A DNA stretch of 64,000 nt from NCBI GenBank assembly GCA_963789265.1, contig CAWBKB010000001.1:1472001-1536000 (forward strand), in the 5' to 3' direction. The notes under the pieces were generated by a model. The model was given only the letters and a program-made list of their open reading frames with translations. It searched no databases and had not been told where the DNA came from. Positions within the stretch are counted from its first letter, which is position 1. Each line of letters begins with the position of its first letter. Both the position numbers and the translations under genes were made by a program. Positions 21,499-31,706 of the stretch are shown here, piece after piece. The stretch comes from an uncultured delta proteobacterium (GTDB taxonomy: Bacteria > Desulfobacterota > Desulfomonilia > Desulfomonilales > Desulfomonilaceae).

Positions 21499-22446
21499 AT
21501 GAATCTAGCAGAACTTACAAAGATGACGGAAGCACAAGCTAGAGAATTTCTTGAGGAAGTTCGCTGGCACGGAAATCCTACTTGTCCTCACTGCGGGGGG
21601 ACTGACGCGTATCAACTCCGTGGAAGCGCAACGCGCCCCGGTGTTTGGAAGTGTTCGGCTTGTCGTAAGCAGTTTACTGTGACTGTGGGGACGGTCATGC
21701 ATCGCTCTCATCTCCCTCTTCGTACGTGGGTTATCGCTTTCCATCTTATGTCTTCCTCTAAGAAGGGAATTTCTGCCCTACAACTTCAAAGAGTCTTGGG
21801 AATTGTTAACTATAAGAATGCTTGGCATCTAGCTCATAGAATAAGGCTTGCAATGACAGAGGGCTTAGGAGTCTTCCCCTTGAAGGGAACCGTTGAAGTA
21901 GATGAGACTTATGTTGGGGGCAAGCCGAGAAAAGAGAGCAAGGGCAGCTCAGAGAAGCCAAAGAAAAAGTCTAAGCGTGGTCGTGGGACTGATAAGACTC
22001 CTGTGCTAGCTTTGGTAGAGAGAAACGGTAACGTAGTCTCTAAGCCCATAGAAAGAGTTAATGCTTCTACCCTCAAAGGTGCTATCAAGGAAATGGTTCA
22101 CAAAGATTCTTGTATCATGACCGACGAATGGTCTTCTTACACTGGTATTGGTGAGCATTTCAATGGTGGTCATGAAGTAGTGAAACACAATGACGGTGAG
22201 TTTGTCAGAGGAAATGCGAGCACCAATACGGTAGAATCTTACTTCGCACTGTTGAAGAGAGGCGTCCACGGAGCATTCCATCACGTGTCTAAGACACACT
22301 TACACAGATACTGCGATGAATTTTCTTTCAGGTGGAATCATAGAAAGATTGACGACGGTGAGAGGACAGTTTGCATTATTCAGGGTATAGGTGGAAAGAG
22401 GCTTGTATATGCTGATTGCAGGGGATTAATACATGAGCACAACTAA
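21499..22446 (+). CDS. IS1595 family transposase
   Basis: Zn ribbon CPHC/CSAC, SSKKGISALQL, VEVDETY, IMTDEW, NTVES and EFSFRWN motifs. Confidence 0.93.
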   Translation: MNLAELTKMTEAQAREFLEEVRWHGNPTCPHCGGTDAYQLRGSATRPGVWKCSACRKQFTVTVGTVMHRSHLPLRTWVIAFHLMSSSKKGISALQLQRVLGIVNYKNAWHLAHRIRLAMTEGLGVFPLKGTVEVDETYVGGKPRKESKGSSEKPKKKSKRGRGTDKTPVLALVERNGNVVSKPIERVNASTLKGAIKEMVHKDSCIMTDEWSSYTGIGEHFNGGHEVVKHNDGEFVRGNASTNTVESYFALLKRGVHGAFHHVSKTHLHRYCDEFSFRWNHRKIDDGERTVCIIQGIGGKRLVYADCRGLIHEHN

Positions 22447-23842
22447 TGCTGAGCTTGAGGAATGGATGAGAGTACCCCGCGAGGGTGTTCTAGAGTTCAA
22501 GGCGGCAAGGAACCAGTATGACCGCGAAAAGGTGTATGGTTATAGTGTGGCAATTGCGAATGAAGGTGGGGGCAAACTCATTCTTGGTGTGAGTGATTCA
22601 CTTCCTCGTCAGGTGGTTGGAAGTAATGCGTTTCGCAACATAGGTAAGATTACTCAACAGCTTTTTACAAAGCTTCCCTTTCAGGTAGATGTGGAAGAAT
22701 TGCCACATCCAGACGGACGTGTAGTGATATTTCACATACCTGCCCGACCTATAGGTACTCCTTATGAGCTTGACGGAAAATTTCTAATGCGCGTGGGTGA
22801 ATCTCTAGTTCCGATGTCTTCGGACCGTCTCCGACAAATATTGGATGAGGGTAAACCTGACTGGTTTTCTGAGGAGGCTAAGAACGAATGTTCATCAGAT
22901 GATGTAATACAATTGTTAGATGTTCAGAGCTATTTTGACTTAACGAAAACATCGCTTCCAACAACGCGCGATGCTATTCTGGACCGATTTGAACAGGAGA
23001 GTTTGATTCTACGAAAGGGAGAATTCTGGGCAATAACCAACTTGGGGGCTATCCTCTTTGCTAAGAATTTAGAGCACTTCGTTTCTACTTCTCGTAAAGC
23101 TCCGAGAGTGATTGTGTATCCTGGAGTTGATAAGACGGATACCGCTCGTATTGATGAATTCAAGAAAAAAGGATACGCCGCTGGTTTTGAGTCTCTCATA
23201 GACTTTATCAATGGACAGATTCCAACAAATCCAACTATTCTCAAAATCTTGCGCGACGAAAAGAAAATGTTTCCTGAGATTGCTATACGCGAGGTTATAG
23301 CAAACGCCCTTATTCATCAAGATCTTACAGAAACAGGCATGTTTGTAATGGTGGAACTTTACTCAGACCGACTGGAAATCTCAAATCCTGGGGCACCGGC
23401 TATCCCGCCCGAACGATTTATTGATGGGTACAAAGCACGTAATGAGCGGTTAGCGGACCTAATGCGGCGTATGGGCATTTGCGAAGAAAGAGGTAGTGGA
23501 ATAGACAAAGTCATTCGTTGGGTGGAAGTATATCAACTGCCTGCTCCTGTTTTCCGAGACGGTCAGCAGGATACCCAAGTAATTCTGTTCTCGCACAAAG
23601 AGTTTGAGGATATGGACCGCTCTGACCGCATTCGAGCCTGCTACCAACACTGCTGCCTGCGCTATGTCATGACAAAAGGTATGACTAATCAGAGTTTGCG
23701 TAAAAGATTTGATCTAGATAAGAATCAGACACATGCAGTCTCTCGAATTATTGCGGCAACAGTCCAAGAAGGACGAATCAAATTGGCTGATACGGGGACG
23801 ACCTCAACCCGATACACTAAATATATTCCATCATGGGCTTGA
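22433..23842 (+). CDS. AlbA_2 (Schlafen-like) plus HATPase_c_4/HTH protein
   Basis: LEFK..SVAIANEGGGKLILGVSD; AIREVIANALIHQD, LEISNPG, RNERLA and CEERGSGIDK motifs. Confidence 0.85.
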   Translation: MSTTNAELEEWMRVPREGVLEFKAARNQYDREKVYGYSVAIANEGGGKLILGVSDSLPRQVVGSNAFRNIGKITQQLFTKLPFQVDVEELPHPDGRVVIFHIPARPIGTPYELDGKFLMRVGESLVPMSSDRLRQILDEGKPDWFSEEAKNECSSDDVIQLLDVQSYFDLTKTSLPTTRDAILDRFEQESLILRKGEFWAITNLGAILFAKNLEHFVSTSRKAPRVIVYPGVDKTDTARIDEFKKKGYAAGFESLIDFINGQIPTNPTILKILRDEKKMFPEIAIREVIANALIHQDLTETGMFVMVELYSDRLEISNPGAPAIPPERFIDGYKARNERLADLMRRMGICEERGSGIDKVIRWVEVYQLPAPVFRDGQQDTQVILFSHKEFEDMDRSDRIRACYQHCCLRYVMTKGMTNQSLRKRFDLDKNQTHAVSRIIAATVQEGRIKLADTGTTSTRYTKYIPSWA

Positions 23843-23953
23843 GGTGCTCTTTGCAAGCAAATCCAAATTCTCGTGAAAGAAACACCTAACTTACAGTAAT
23901 CTCTGGGGATGTTTCTTTGCACGCAAATCCTTAACGGGTTTTTGGAGTTAAAC

Positions 23954-24130
23954 ATGCAAAACAAAAAACAACGTCTCAAACCTCTATCACTCTACGGCTT
24001 AGACCTAAAAGAAGCCCTGCACGCCATGCTTTCAGTTGACCCGAGAAAGCTCAAGTTGCTGGAAGAGAAGACAGAGGAGCAGCATTCAAACCTAGGACGA
24101 GACGCGAAAGTGAAGGACATACGAAAATGA
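23954..24130 (+). CDS. Small IS1595-associated hypothetical protein
   Basis: GGAG RBS; PLSLYGLDLKEALHAMLSVDP; lies just inside the right end. Confidence 0.5.
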   Translation: MQNKKQRLKPLSLYGLDLKEALHAMLSVDPRKLKLLEEKTEEQHSNLGRDAKVKDIRK

Positions 24131-24210
24131 CCTGTTTGTCCTCTACACATGTGGAAAGAGGCGTCTTTATATCATTCCATCTATAGGGGTCTTGCCCTCG
24201 GACGTTGCTC

Positions 24211-24495
24211 TTAGTTGCTCCTAGAGGAATTCAAATTGATGGAATTGGTTGTGGGGTTTTTCCCTTTATAGGTGTTGCTCTTAGTGGAATTAATAGTAGT
24301 AGGTTTTTTCTTGAAGCTCGCATTGCTCTTAGAGCTAGCAATAGTGGTAGCGTCGCTCGGAGAGGGGCTGGAAACATCGCTCGAATTGCTCTTAGAGCTA
24401 CGAACAGTAGTCCCTGCCTGAGCCCCGACGATTGAAACTACGGCAAGAAATAGTCCTGCTACTAGAATGATAAGTCCTTGTCTTAGTCCGGTCAT
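24211..24495 (-). CDS. Secreted peptide with four S(S/T)(K/R)SN repeats
   Basis: GAGGAGG RBS, signal peptide, then SSKSN, SSKSN, STKSN and SSRSN. Confidence 0.7.
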   Translation of the reverse strand: MTGLRQGLIILVAGLFLAVVSIVGAQAGTTVRSSKSNSSDVSSPSPSDATTIASSKSNASFKKKPTTINSTKSNTYKGKNPTTNSINLNSSRSN

Positions 24496-24575
24496 GATCC
24501 CTCCTCGTGTTGTATTGTCGGCACGTGCCTGTTGAAAAAGAGTAGTTGTCAAGCGTCCCTGCTTCCTAACCTGGG

Positions 24576-25118
24576 TTAGACATACAGAAAGGAGAAAGGG
24601 TTCGCGAATTTCATATAAATTTTATAGGAAATTATTTCAGAGGGCAGCGTGGGTTTGTCAAGAGAATAATTCCGAATAAATTTAAAAGCCTCATTTACCG
24701 CGGCCGGCGTGAGTGCGTAATCAACTGTAACACCCACTCGCTGCCTGGATTTTGCTGCGTTGAGTGGCTGACGCAATGCGAGTCGGCAGGAGTTTGCTTG
24801 CACTCGATTTGGATTGCCGTTAACAGATATCACCCTTGCGGTCAGGATCTTTGCTGGATTCTTGACAATCAGCGCTGCCCTGTCGGACGTGGTGGAATAT
24901 TTTATCCGCAGACGATAGAAGGAAATAGTTTCCGGGATTGATCTTCCGGGAATTTGCCTAGCAATGCATGTTGTTTCTTCTGCGGCAACCCGCCCTGTAG
25001 AACCTGGGTCGATTTCTTGGACAGATTCCGCCGAAGCCGCTGCAAGGAGCCAGAGCAGTATCAGTACGCTCACCCAAGGTTGGAGCCATTTCAAATGGTA
25101 CGACGTTCTCAAGTCCAT
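24576..25118 (-). CDS. Secreted hypothetical protein
   Basis: Signal-peptide-like N-terminus. Confidence 0.55.
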   Translation of the reverse strand: MDLRTSYHLKWLQPWVSVLILLWLLAAASAESVQEIDPGSTGRVAAEETTCIARQIPGRSIPETISFYRLRIKYSTTSDRAALIVKNPAKILTARVISVNGNPNRVQANSCRLALRQPLNAAKSRQRVGVTVDYALTPAAVNEAFKFIRNYSLDKPTLPSEIISYKIYMKFANPFSFLYV

Positions 25119-25190
25119 TTCCCTTGTTGTGTGCTACCCAGCATTGCGAAGTATAGAAGGCAGTCCGTCGGGTTATCCATCAAGTCAAGA

Positions 25191-27333
25191 TCATTTGTTC
25201 GTTTTCATCTCAAGTTTTCCTTTTGTGCCGATGGCAAAATCTAGTCCTCCATCGCTCAACCAGGCTTTTGCTACCGAATTTTTCTTTAGATACGCATCCC
25301 AAAACTTTGTCGTAATCATTCTCACCATTTTATGGACAGGTCCGTTGTGTACGTTTGCCGGAGCCGATGGTTTATCGGGCAGATTTGTCCGGTCACTCTC
25401 ACTCAGCATGATCAAGTACCTGATCGCCTCCGTTAATGTGGTCATAAGGCGCGCGGTGATCGTCCAGTTGCCTGTCTGCTATCTCCCTATTAGCTTGCGC
25501 ATGTACAATATGGAGAATGGGTATTGCTATCTTTGCAAAAGCCGAGTTCTCATGAGCTTTTTGACGGTGCGGCACGTCAGGGTCCAGAAGCGCGGCAGCC
25601 TTGATCCTGGTATCCATGAACGTCTTCTCATGGCCTTGGGCTGTATAGAAAACCTGACCTATGACGGCAAGAGCCGTCACAGCTCCCAGTCCGACCCCGG
25701 CCATGCCTATGCAGTTCAGGTCTATTCTCCCCTTTAAGTGACGGTCGTCAACGTTCAGCCTTTGTAATTGATCAATGGCAAAGCTCACATCGCGAGTGCG
25801 ATTCCAGAACATCTTCCATTTTTTGAGCGGCGGGCCGGCAGCCTTTAAGGCCGGGTTGACCGAACCAGCATCCGTTCTTTTATGCTGGAGATGTACAGAG
25901 ATGTATCCACTAGCTGCCCAATGCCTGCCTAAATGCGAACCGCTCTCTCGGGTTCCTCTCAGCCCGTGTGAAAAGATGATCGCCGGAAAGGGTCCGTTGC
26001 TGCCTTCCGGATAGTATATCTTCACTGGTAAGGCTCTATTTCGGCTCTGATCCAACCAATTCTCTTCCAGGACAGCGACTGCGTATCCAGGTGGTCCCGT
26101 TTGCCGCGCCCTTTGATAAGAGGAAAAGAGTGCAATGGTAGCAGCGACCAAAGCAATACAAATGCCCGCAACGATTAGCCTCTTGGCGTACAACGTCTTT
26201 GATGGAACGGTTCCAAATACGTCAGTTGAGGTAACGGTCTGAGCTTTTGTTGCGGTTGCACAAGTTGGGCTCCCGGTATTTTGCGATACATTTTCGGATA
26301 CCTCCTGCTCCACTTCAGCCGGTGACGGAGGGCTTACGTGGACAACACCGGAATCAACGAGAGGCTGGGTAATACCCGCCGCGCCAGAAGTATGTCCGCC
26401 AGCAAGCGATGCGAGTAATGATCGAGCCGCTTGTGTTCGTTCATGGCACAATCCCGTCTCCTGAACGAAAGCAATTCGAAATTCTTTCACCGACTCGAAA
26501 CGATCTTCGGGATTGTGCTTCAGAGCCTTAAATACACATGGAGGAACACCCGGGCGGTCGGTCTCGTCTTCAGGAACTTTGCCAGTGAGGGCATAATAAA
26601 CGGTGGCACCCAGCGCGTATATGTCCGATGTCTCAGAAACTTCCCCCCTGCCAGCGTACTGCTCTGGGGGCATGAAGCCAACGGATCCCATTACCAACCG
26701 CCTTGTAGCAGTGGTGGTATCACCAAGGGCTGCCCTGGCGATGCCGAAATCACATACCTTGATGTCTCCCGATGGCCGTACGAGAATGTTGGCAGGCTTG
26801 ATGTCTAGATGGATTACGCCTCGGGAATGAGCGTACTGTAGCGCGTCGCAAACTTGGAGGAAAACCGCGCCGACCAAATCTATGCCGCCTTCGTGGTCTC
26901 TCTTGAGGATCGTGTGAAAACTCGTACCAGGAACATATTCCATGACCACGAAGTGCCTGCCCTTGTTTATTTCGAGATTGTATATCTTTATGATGTTTTC
27001 GTGGGTAAGCTCCCGAGAAATAATTACTTCCTTTTTTATCAACGTGACCGCGTTTGCATAATTGTTCAGGTCGCGATGCAGCATTTTCAGAGCCACCGGC
27101 ATGTTGCGAAGACTTATTTGGCGCGCCTCGTAGACCTTCCCCGCGCCTCCTCTACCTATCAACCTGACAATATTGTAATCCCCTGCCACAATTGTTCCCG
27201 GGGGCATTACCTCGCCAAAGTCGGCCGGCAGCTTGACTTCTTTCCCATTTATCACAACTATTTTCCGGCAGACCGGACATGAGGTCACGTCAGCGTCTAT
27301 TGGAGTTCTGCACTTGGGACAAAATGTGCTCAA
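25191..27333 (-). CDS. Membrane Ser/Thr kinase fused to an alpha/beta-hydrolase-like domain, +1 frameshift at 25419-25420
   Basis: Zn ribbon, GRGGAG, VALK, HLDIKPAN, DFG, TM helix, then FSHGLRG..HWAASGY; removing one G continues DQYLIML...FWDAYLK. Confidence 0.85.
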
Positions 27334-27490
27334 AACATGCTCCCTGATATGAACTGCTCCGCAAAATGTCTAAAATGCCACGCAAGAAGTGTTAGTTGGC
27401 ATGAAGGAGGCGACTTCTTGCCGGGTGGAATCCAATTCACCGAGAAAACATTTTCCTCAATGAACTCATGGTCTCAATAGCCTGCAAGCC

Positions 27491-29155
27491 CTACTTCTTG
27501 CCTCCGTATGCCTTCAGTAGATCTGCGATCTCCTTATGACCATGCTTCTCCGCGATTGCAAGAGGTGTCTCACCAGCATCATCTCTGGCGTTGATATCAG
27601 CACCTTCTTCTAAAAGCATTTTTACGACTTCAGGACGACTGGTCTTAGGGTCTCCAAACCAGCCCGCACTCGCAGCCGCCATCAATGCCGTCCAACCGTT
27701 GTCGTCCTTTGCGTTAATATCGGCGCCTTTTTCCAAGAGCATTTTTACGACTTCAAGATGACTGGCCTCGGGATCTTCAAGCCCGCCACCGGCAGCCGCC
27801 ACCAAGGCTGCCTCAAGGTCCTCAGTTGCTCCTTTCTCCAGAAGCACTCTCACAACATCCGGGTGACCATTTGCAGAAGCTTCGAACATCGCCCTCCCTC
27901 CACCTACAGCCTCTGCATTGAAGTCTGCCCCTTTTGTCAGGAGCAATTTTACGACGTCGAGATGACCTTTCTCAGACGCGGCCATTAATGCAGTCCAACC
28001 ATTTTCGCTCTTTTCATTTATATTGAGCCCTTTGTTCAGAAAGAATCGAACCATTCGAGCCTTGCCCTTCTCGGAAGCCAACATCAAGACCGTAAGCCCC
28101 CCATCGTCTTGGATATAGTACTTCGCATTGATATCAGCCCCTTTTTCGAGGAGAAGCTTGACTACCTGGAGATGACCCTTCTCAGAGGCCGCCATTAATG
28201 CCGTCCAATGATAACCGAAGCTCTTTTCATTGATCTTAGCTCCTTTGTTCAGAAGGAATCGAACCATTGGAATGTTGCCCTTCTCGGAAGCCAGCATCAA
28301 GACCGTCCATCCCGGGTCGTCCTGAGTTCTGTTCCTATACTGTGCATTGACATTAGCACCTTTGTCCAAGAGGCTTTTAGCCAATGTCAGGTCGTCGTTC
28401 CTGATAGCCTCTATCAATGCCTTGTCCTTGTAGCCGGAACCAAGCGCATTAGCGCCATGCGCTTTGAGCAATTCCACGATTCGGACATCCCTCCTTAATG
28501 AAGCTGCTCCCAATGCTGTCAAACCATTATCATTTTGAACATTGACCTGAGATCCGTATTTGAGAAGTAGCTTTGAAATGTCATAGTACCCATGCTCACA
28601 CGCCATTATCAAGGCTGTAGAGCCGTAAGAGGTCTTTGCATTGACCTCAGCCCCCCTTTCTAGAAGCAGTCTGGCTACCGGGAGTTTAACTCTCTCAGGA
28701 AGCTCAACCGGATCATTATCCGTCACTGTCTCCGCAAGCTCATTCAGGTCACTATTCGTCACAGTAGCCATCAATGCCGTCCGTCCTGCACTATCCGTTG
28801 CGTTAACGTCAGCGCCGTAGTCCAGAAGCAGTCTTACTACATCCAGACGACCACTTTCAGAAGCCGACATCAGTGGCGTCTTCCCATCCATCATCTTTGC
28901 GTTGACATCCGCTCCCCTGGAGAGGAGCATTTCTAGAATAGCAAGGTGGCCCTCGGACAAAGCAAGGCTCAATGCATCGGGGTCCAGGGAATTTACATCG
29001 GCTCCCTTTTCCAGAAGTTTCTGCACCTGTTTCAAGTCATTGCAAATGACGGCTTGTTCCAACGCCTCGCCTTGTTTCCCATAGACTGCCGAACAAAACA
29101 TCGTCAGCATGGCAAGCAGCCCAGCATATAACGGAAGAATTGCAAGCTTGCGCAT
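27491..29155 (-). CDS. Secreted ankyrin-repeat protein
   Basis: Signal peptide and many TALMAAS..GH..VVKLLL.KGADIN repeats. Confidence 0.93.
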   Translation of the reverse strand: MRKLAILPLYAGLLAMLTMFCSAVYGKQGEALEQAVICNDLKQVQKLLEKGADVNSLDPDALSLALSEGHLAILEMLLSRGADVNAKMMDGKTPLMSASESGRLDVVRLLLDYGADVNATDSAGRTALMATVTNSDLNELAETVTDNDPVELPERVKLPVARLLLERGAEVNAKTSYGSTALIMACEHGYYDISKLLLKYGSQVNVQNDNGLTALGAASLRRDVRIVELLKAHGANALGSGYKDKALIEAIRNDDLTLAKSLLDKGANVNAQYRNRTQDDPGWTVLMLASEKGNIPMVRFLLNKGAKINEKSFGYHWTALMAASEKGHLQVVKLLLEKGADINAKYYIQDDGGLTVLMLASEKGKARMVRFFLNKGLNINEKSENGWTALMAASEKGHLDVVKLLLTKGADFNAEAVGGGRAMFEASANGHPDVVRVLLEKGATEDLEAALVAAAGGGLEDPEASHLEVVKMLLEKGADINAKDDNGWTALMAAASAGWFGDPKTSRPEVVKMLLEEGADINARDDAGETPLAIAEKHGHKEIADLLKAYGGKK

Positions 29156-29239
29156 CGCGAACCACTCCTAGACGATTGACTGCGGTCATAGCGAGAAAAG
29201 TCTACCTCTCTGACATCCTTCAAAATAAAGGATGCGGAC

Positions 29240-30295
29240 TCACGGTTGGTTTTTCGCAGTTTCTGATTTGGGTGCGTCCATTCTCACCAGAAGCCACTTC
29301 CGGGCATTAGTCGGTCCAAGATGAACCAGTACTTGGGTTTGAGCTTGGGTAAGATTGTACACTCCTGTTTCCATAATCATCTTCTCTTCCGGCCCGCTAC
29401 CTACCATCCATGCTGCTCGTTGGGTTTGCCTGTCTACGCTCCCATGAACGGGTCGGGTATTCTTCGTGACTACATTGTAAAATGTCCCAGCAATTGCGCC
29501 TTCTTTACTTATAGCGAGTTGCAGAATTGCGTGTGGAGAATCCGCATTCGGACGTTGGAGGGCGAAAACTCCCAAGGGCATCCATTCTGATTTCTCAGAA
29601 ACTCCTGGCGGCTCGTTCAACGCAAGGGTACGGACGTATTGATAGTACTGGTCCGCTGAATACTGTCGTTTTCCGTTAAAATAGACACCATCGTCCTGGT
29701 AATAGATATTAGTCCCATAATCATACGGAATGGGCGATGACCAAGCTATGCCGGGTAGCCACCCCGTTAAGGCCACCCAATTACAACGTCTCCACCAGTA
29801 ATAGGGGCCGTGATGCGCCCACCAATGAGGATACCACCGAATATTGGTTATGTTCGTGACAGAGTGATTTTGCCACCATCGTGGAGTGAAGGCGATTCTG
29901 TGACTCGCCGTGAATTGGGTGCGAACACCCCGAGCCATCCGCGCCAGTCTGGCGGGATTGGTAGGCTTCACAATGTTGTGAGGACCATGCAATCCGTGGA
30001 CAGGCCCCCCTGGGTTGATTCCTTGTGGATGCCTGTGAACTTCTTTTAGTCCATGTGGCGTAACGTGAGGATGATGCTCCACTGCTTTCGGATGTTGTGC
30101 ATGATGCAAGGGGCTTTTGTTGGGATCGTGATGGGCAACGGCCTGATGCTTTTTGGGGTGGCTCTTTGCCTGATGATGAGCCTTTGCACTACCGGTGTGA
30201 TGTCCTCCCTCTCGTTTGCCAATCGCCCATGTGGTTCCGCAAGACAGAGCTACCAGTGCGACCACGATAAGAATATTGACTGGCGGTTTTTTCAT
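29240..30295 (-). CDS. Secreted protein with His-rich N-terminal region
   Basis: Signal peptide; His/Pro/Lys-rich stretch; YDYG..Y, WMPLGVFAL and GSVD..TQRAAW domain. Confidence 0.75.
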   Translation of the reverse strand: MKKPPVNILIVVALVALSCGTTWAIGKREGGHHTGSAKAHHQAKSHPKKHQAVAHHDPNKSPLHHAQHPKAVEHHPHVTPHGLKEVHRHPQGINPGGPVHGLHGPHNIVKPTNPARLARMARGVRTQFTASHRIAFTPRWWQNHSVTNITNIRWYPHWWAHHGPYYWWRRCNWVALTGWLPGIAWSSPIPYDYGTNIYYQDDGVYFNGKRQYSADQYYQYVRTLALNEPPGVSEKSEWMPLGVFALQRPNADSPHAILQLAISKEGAIAGTFYNVVTKNTRPVHGSVDRQTQRAAWMVGSGPEEKMIMETGVYNLTQAQTQVLVHLGPTNARKWLLVRMDAPKSETAKNQP

Positions 30296-30896
30296 GTTCG
30301 TTCCTCTCCTCCTTACTTTGGGCTCATACTCTAGTTTTGTTTCTTCTCAGATCGCTTCCCAATAATCTTGATCTCCTCTATGTTGGGTACCAGCCGACTC
30401 TTATACACACGCGCAGAGGTACTCCAGACAAAAGTCTTCTTGTTGACAGGCTCGTAAATGTTAGTCTCGGAGCGTTCCGGCAACGGATAGAGTACCGGTT
30501 ACTAAAACTAAGGTGACAATGACTAAACGGCTCATGCCCACACTCCCATTCATTGCAAATAGAAACAGCCCCTCGAAGTTTGTTTCGTCTCCGATTCTCG
30601 GATCGTCCCCAAAGCCCCAGCCACCCGAAAAGAAGATTTGGCTGCCCCTGGTTAGGTGATTTTTCCGTAGGCTGATTATTCTATTGGACGATGCGAGGTT
30701 AATGTTGTTAAAAGAAATCTTTTTGAACTTTGTTCGTCTCATAGTATCGGAGACCTCTTAACAGCATGACAGATTTACTACCCAGTGTTGTTTTTCACAT
30801 TAAATTGACTGATTTTTTCTGATTATTTGGGACAGAGCGCCTAGTTTTTCAGATTGTTTTGACTGGGCCGGGTGGTCCGGCCCGGTGATAGGTTGT

Positions 30897-31706
30897 TCAA
30901 AAGATTTCGGTAGCTGCGAGTCTGACGTGATCTGCGGTGACGATGGTGGATTGGTTGTTTGCCGCTGCGACGAGAGCGCCTCTTGCCAGATGGTTAGCCT
31001 TCCTGAATGTTCCTCCTGAGCCTTGATGGATTGCGGTGATCGCAGCGTCGTCAAAGAGGCTGGATTTGACGCCTGTGAGAGAGAGATGGTGAGAGAGGTA
31101 CTGTTCCATCTCCTGCCTGCTGACCGGCTCCATATGGCTGCGTGCGACGATTCGTGACGCGAGCGGAGCGGAGGTTTGATACATGAGCTTGTCGATGAGG
31201 TTGCTCCGCCCGGTCAGGACAATAGGCAACCACGGTTTTGAGTCAGCCTCGAAGACGGTGATGGTGTGGATCTCGGCAAAGACCTCCAGACGCATCAACG
31301 ATGCCTCATCGACCACCAGCACGATCTTCATCTTCTTTTCCAGGATCACTTCCCGTACTGCCTTCTTGATAAGGCGCACCATGATGGCTTTCTGTGATCC
31401 CGCCATGTGAATACCGAATTCAGCGAGGAAGAGCCGATAAAACTCCAGAATGGAGCCTGAGCAGGCAGTGATCCACACGGTCTTGTATTCGGATGGGTGG
31501 AGCTTTGAGATGACGTACCTGAGAGCCGTGGACTTTCCCGATCCCACCTCGCCGGTGAGGGTCGCAATAGCTCCCAACCTGACCGTATAGTCAAAGCGCT
31601 CTTTGATTGCTGCAATGTCTTGGGTTTCCAGAATGTCCTTGATGTTTATGTCGGTGGGGAACGCCTCCCGGCTCATGCCGAAGAAAGATCGATAGTTGGT
31701 GCTCAT
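30897..31706 (-). CDS. ExeA-like AAA ATPase (transposition regulator)
   Basis: Walker A GEVGSGKST, Walker B VLVVDEA; ATGA overlap with the transposase. Confidence 0.9.
   Translation of the reverse strand: MSTNYRSFFGMSREAFPTDINIKDILETQDIAAIKERFDYTVRLGAIATLTGEVGSGKSTALRYVISKLHPSEYKTVWITACSGSILEFYRLFLAEFGIHMAGSQKAIMVRLIKKAVREVILEKKMKIVLVVDEASLMRLEVFAEIHTITVFEADSKPWLPIVLTGRSNLIDKLMYQTSAPLASRIVARSHMEPVSRQEMEQYLSHHLSLTGVKSSLFDDAAITAIHQGSGGTFRKANHLARGALVAAANNQSTIVTADHVRLAATEIF

Larger units (their letters stand above)
21455..24178 (+). mobile_element. IS1595-family element with passenger genes (left end approximate)
   Basis: Transposase plus overlapping passenger gene; right end ctttatatcattcc (24165-24178); left IR degenerate, no TSD seen. 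Confidence 0.6.

Noticed and set aside
27491..29155. DNA repeats that might suggest a DGR or CRISPR array
   Set aside because: Explained by in-frame ankyrin repeats; no RT, no spacers and no adenine-specific pattern seen
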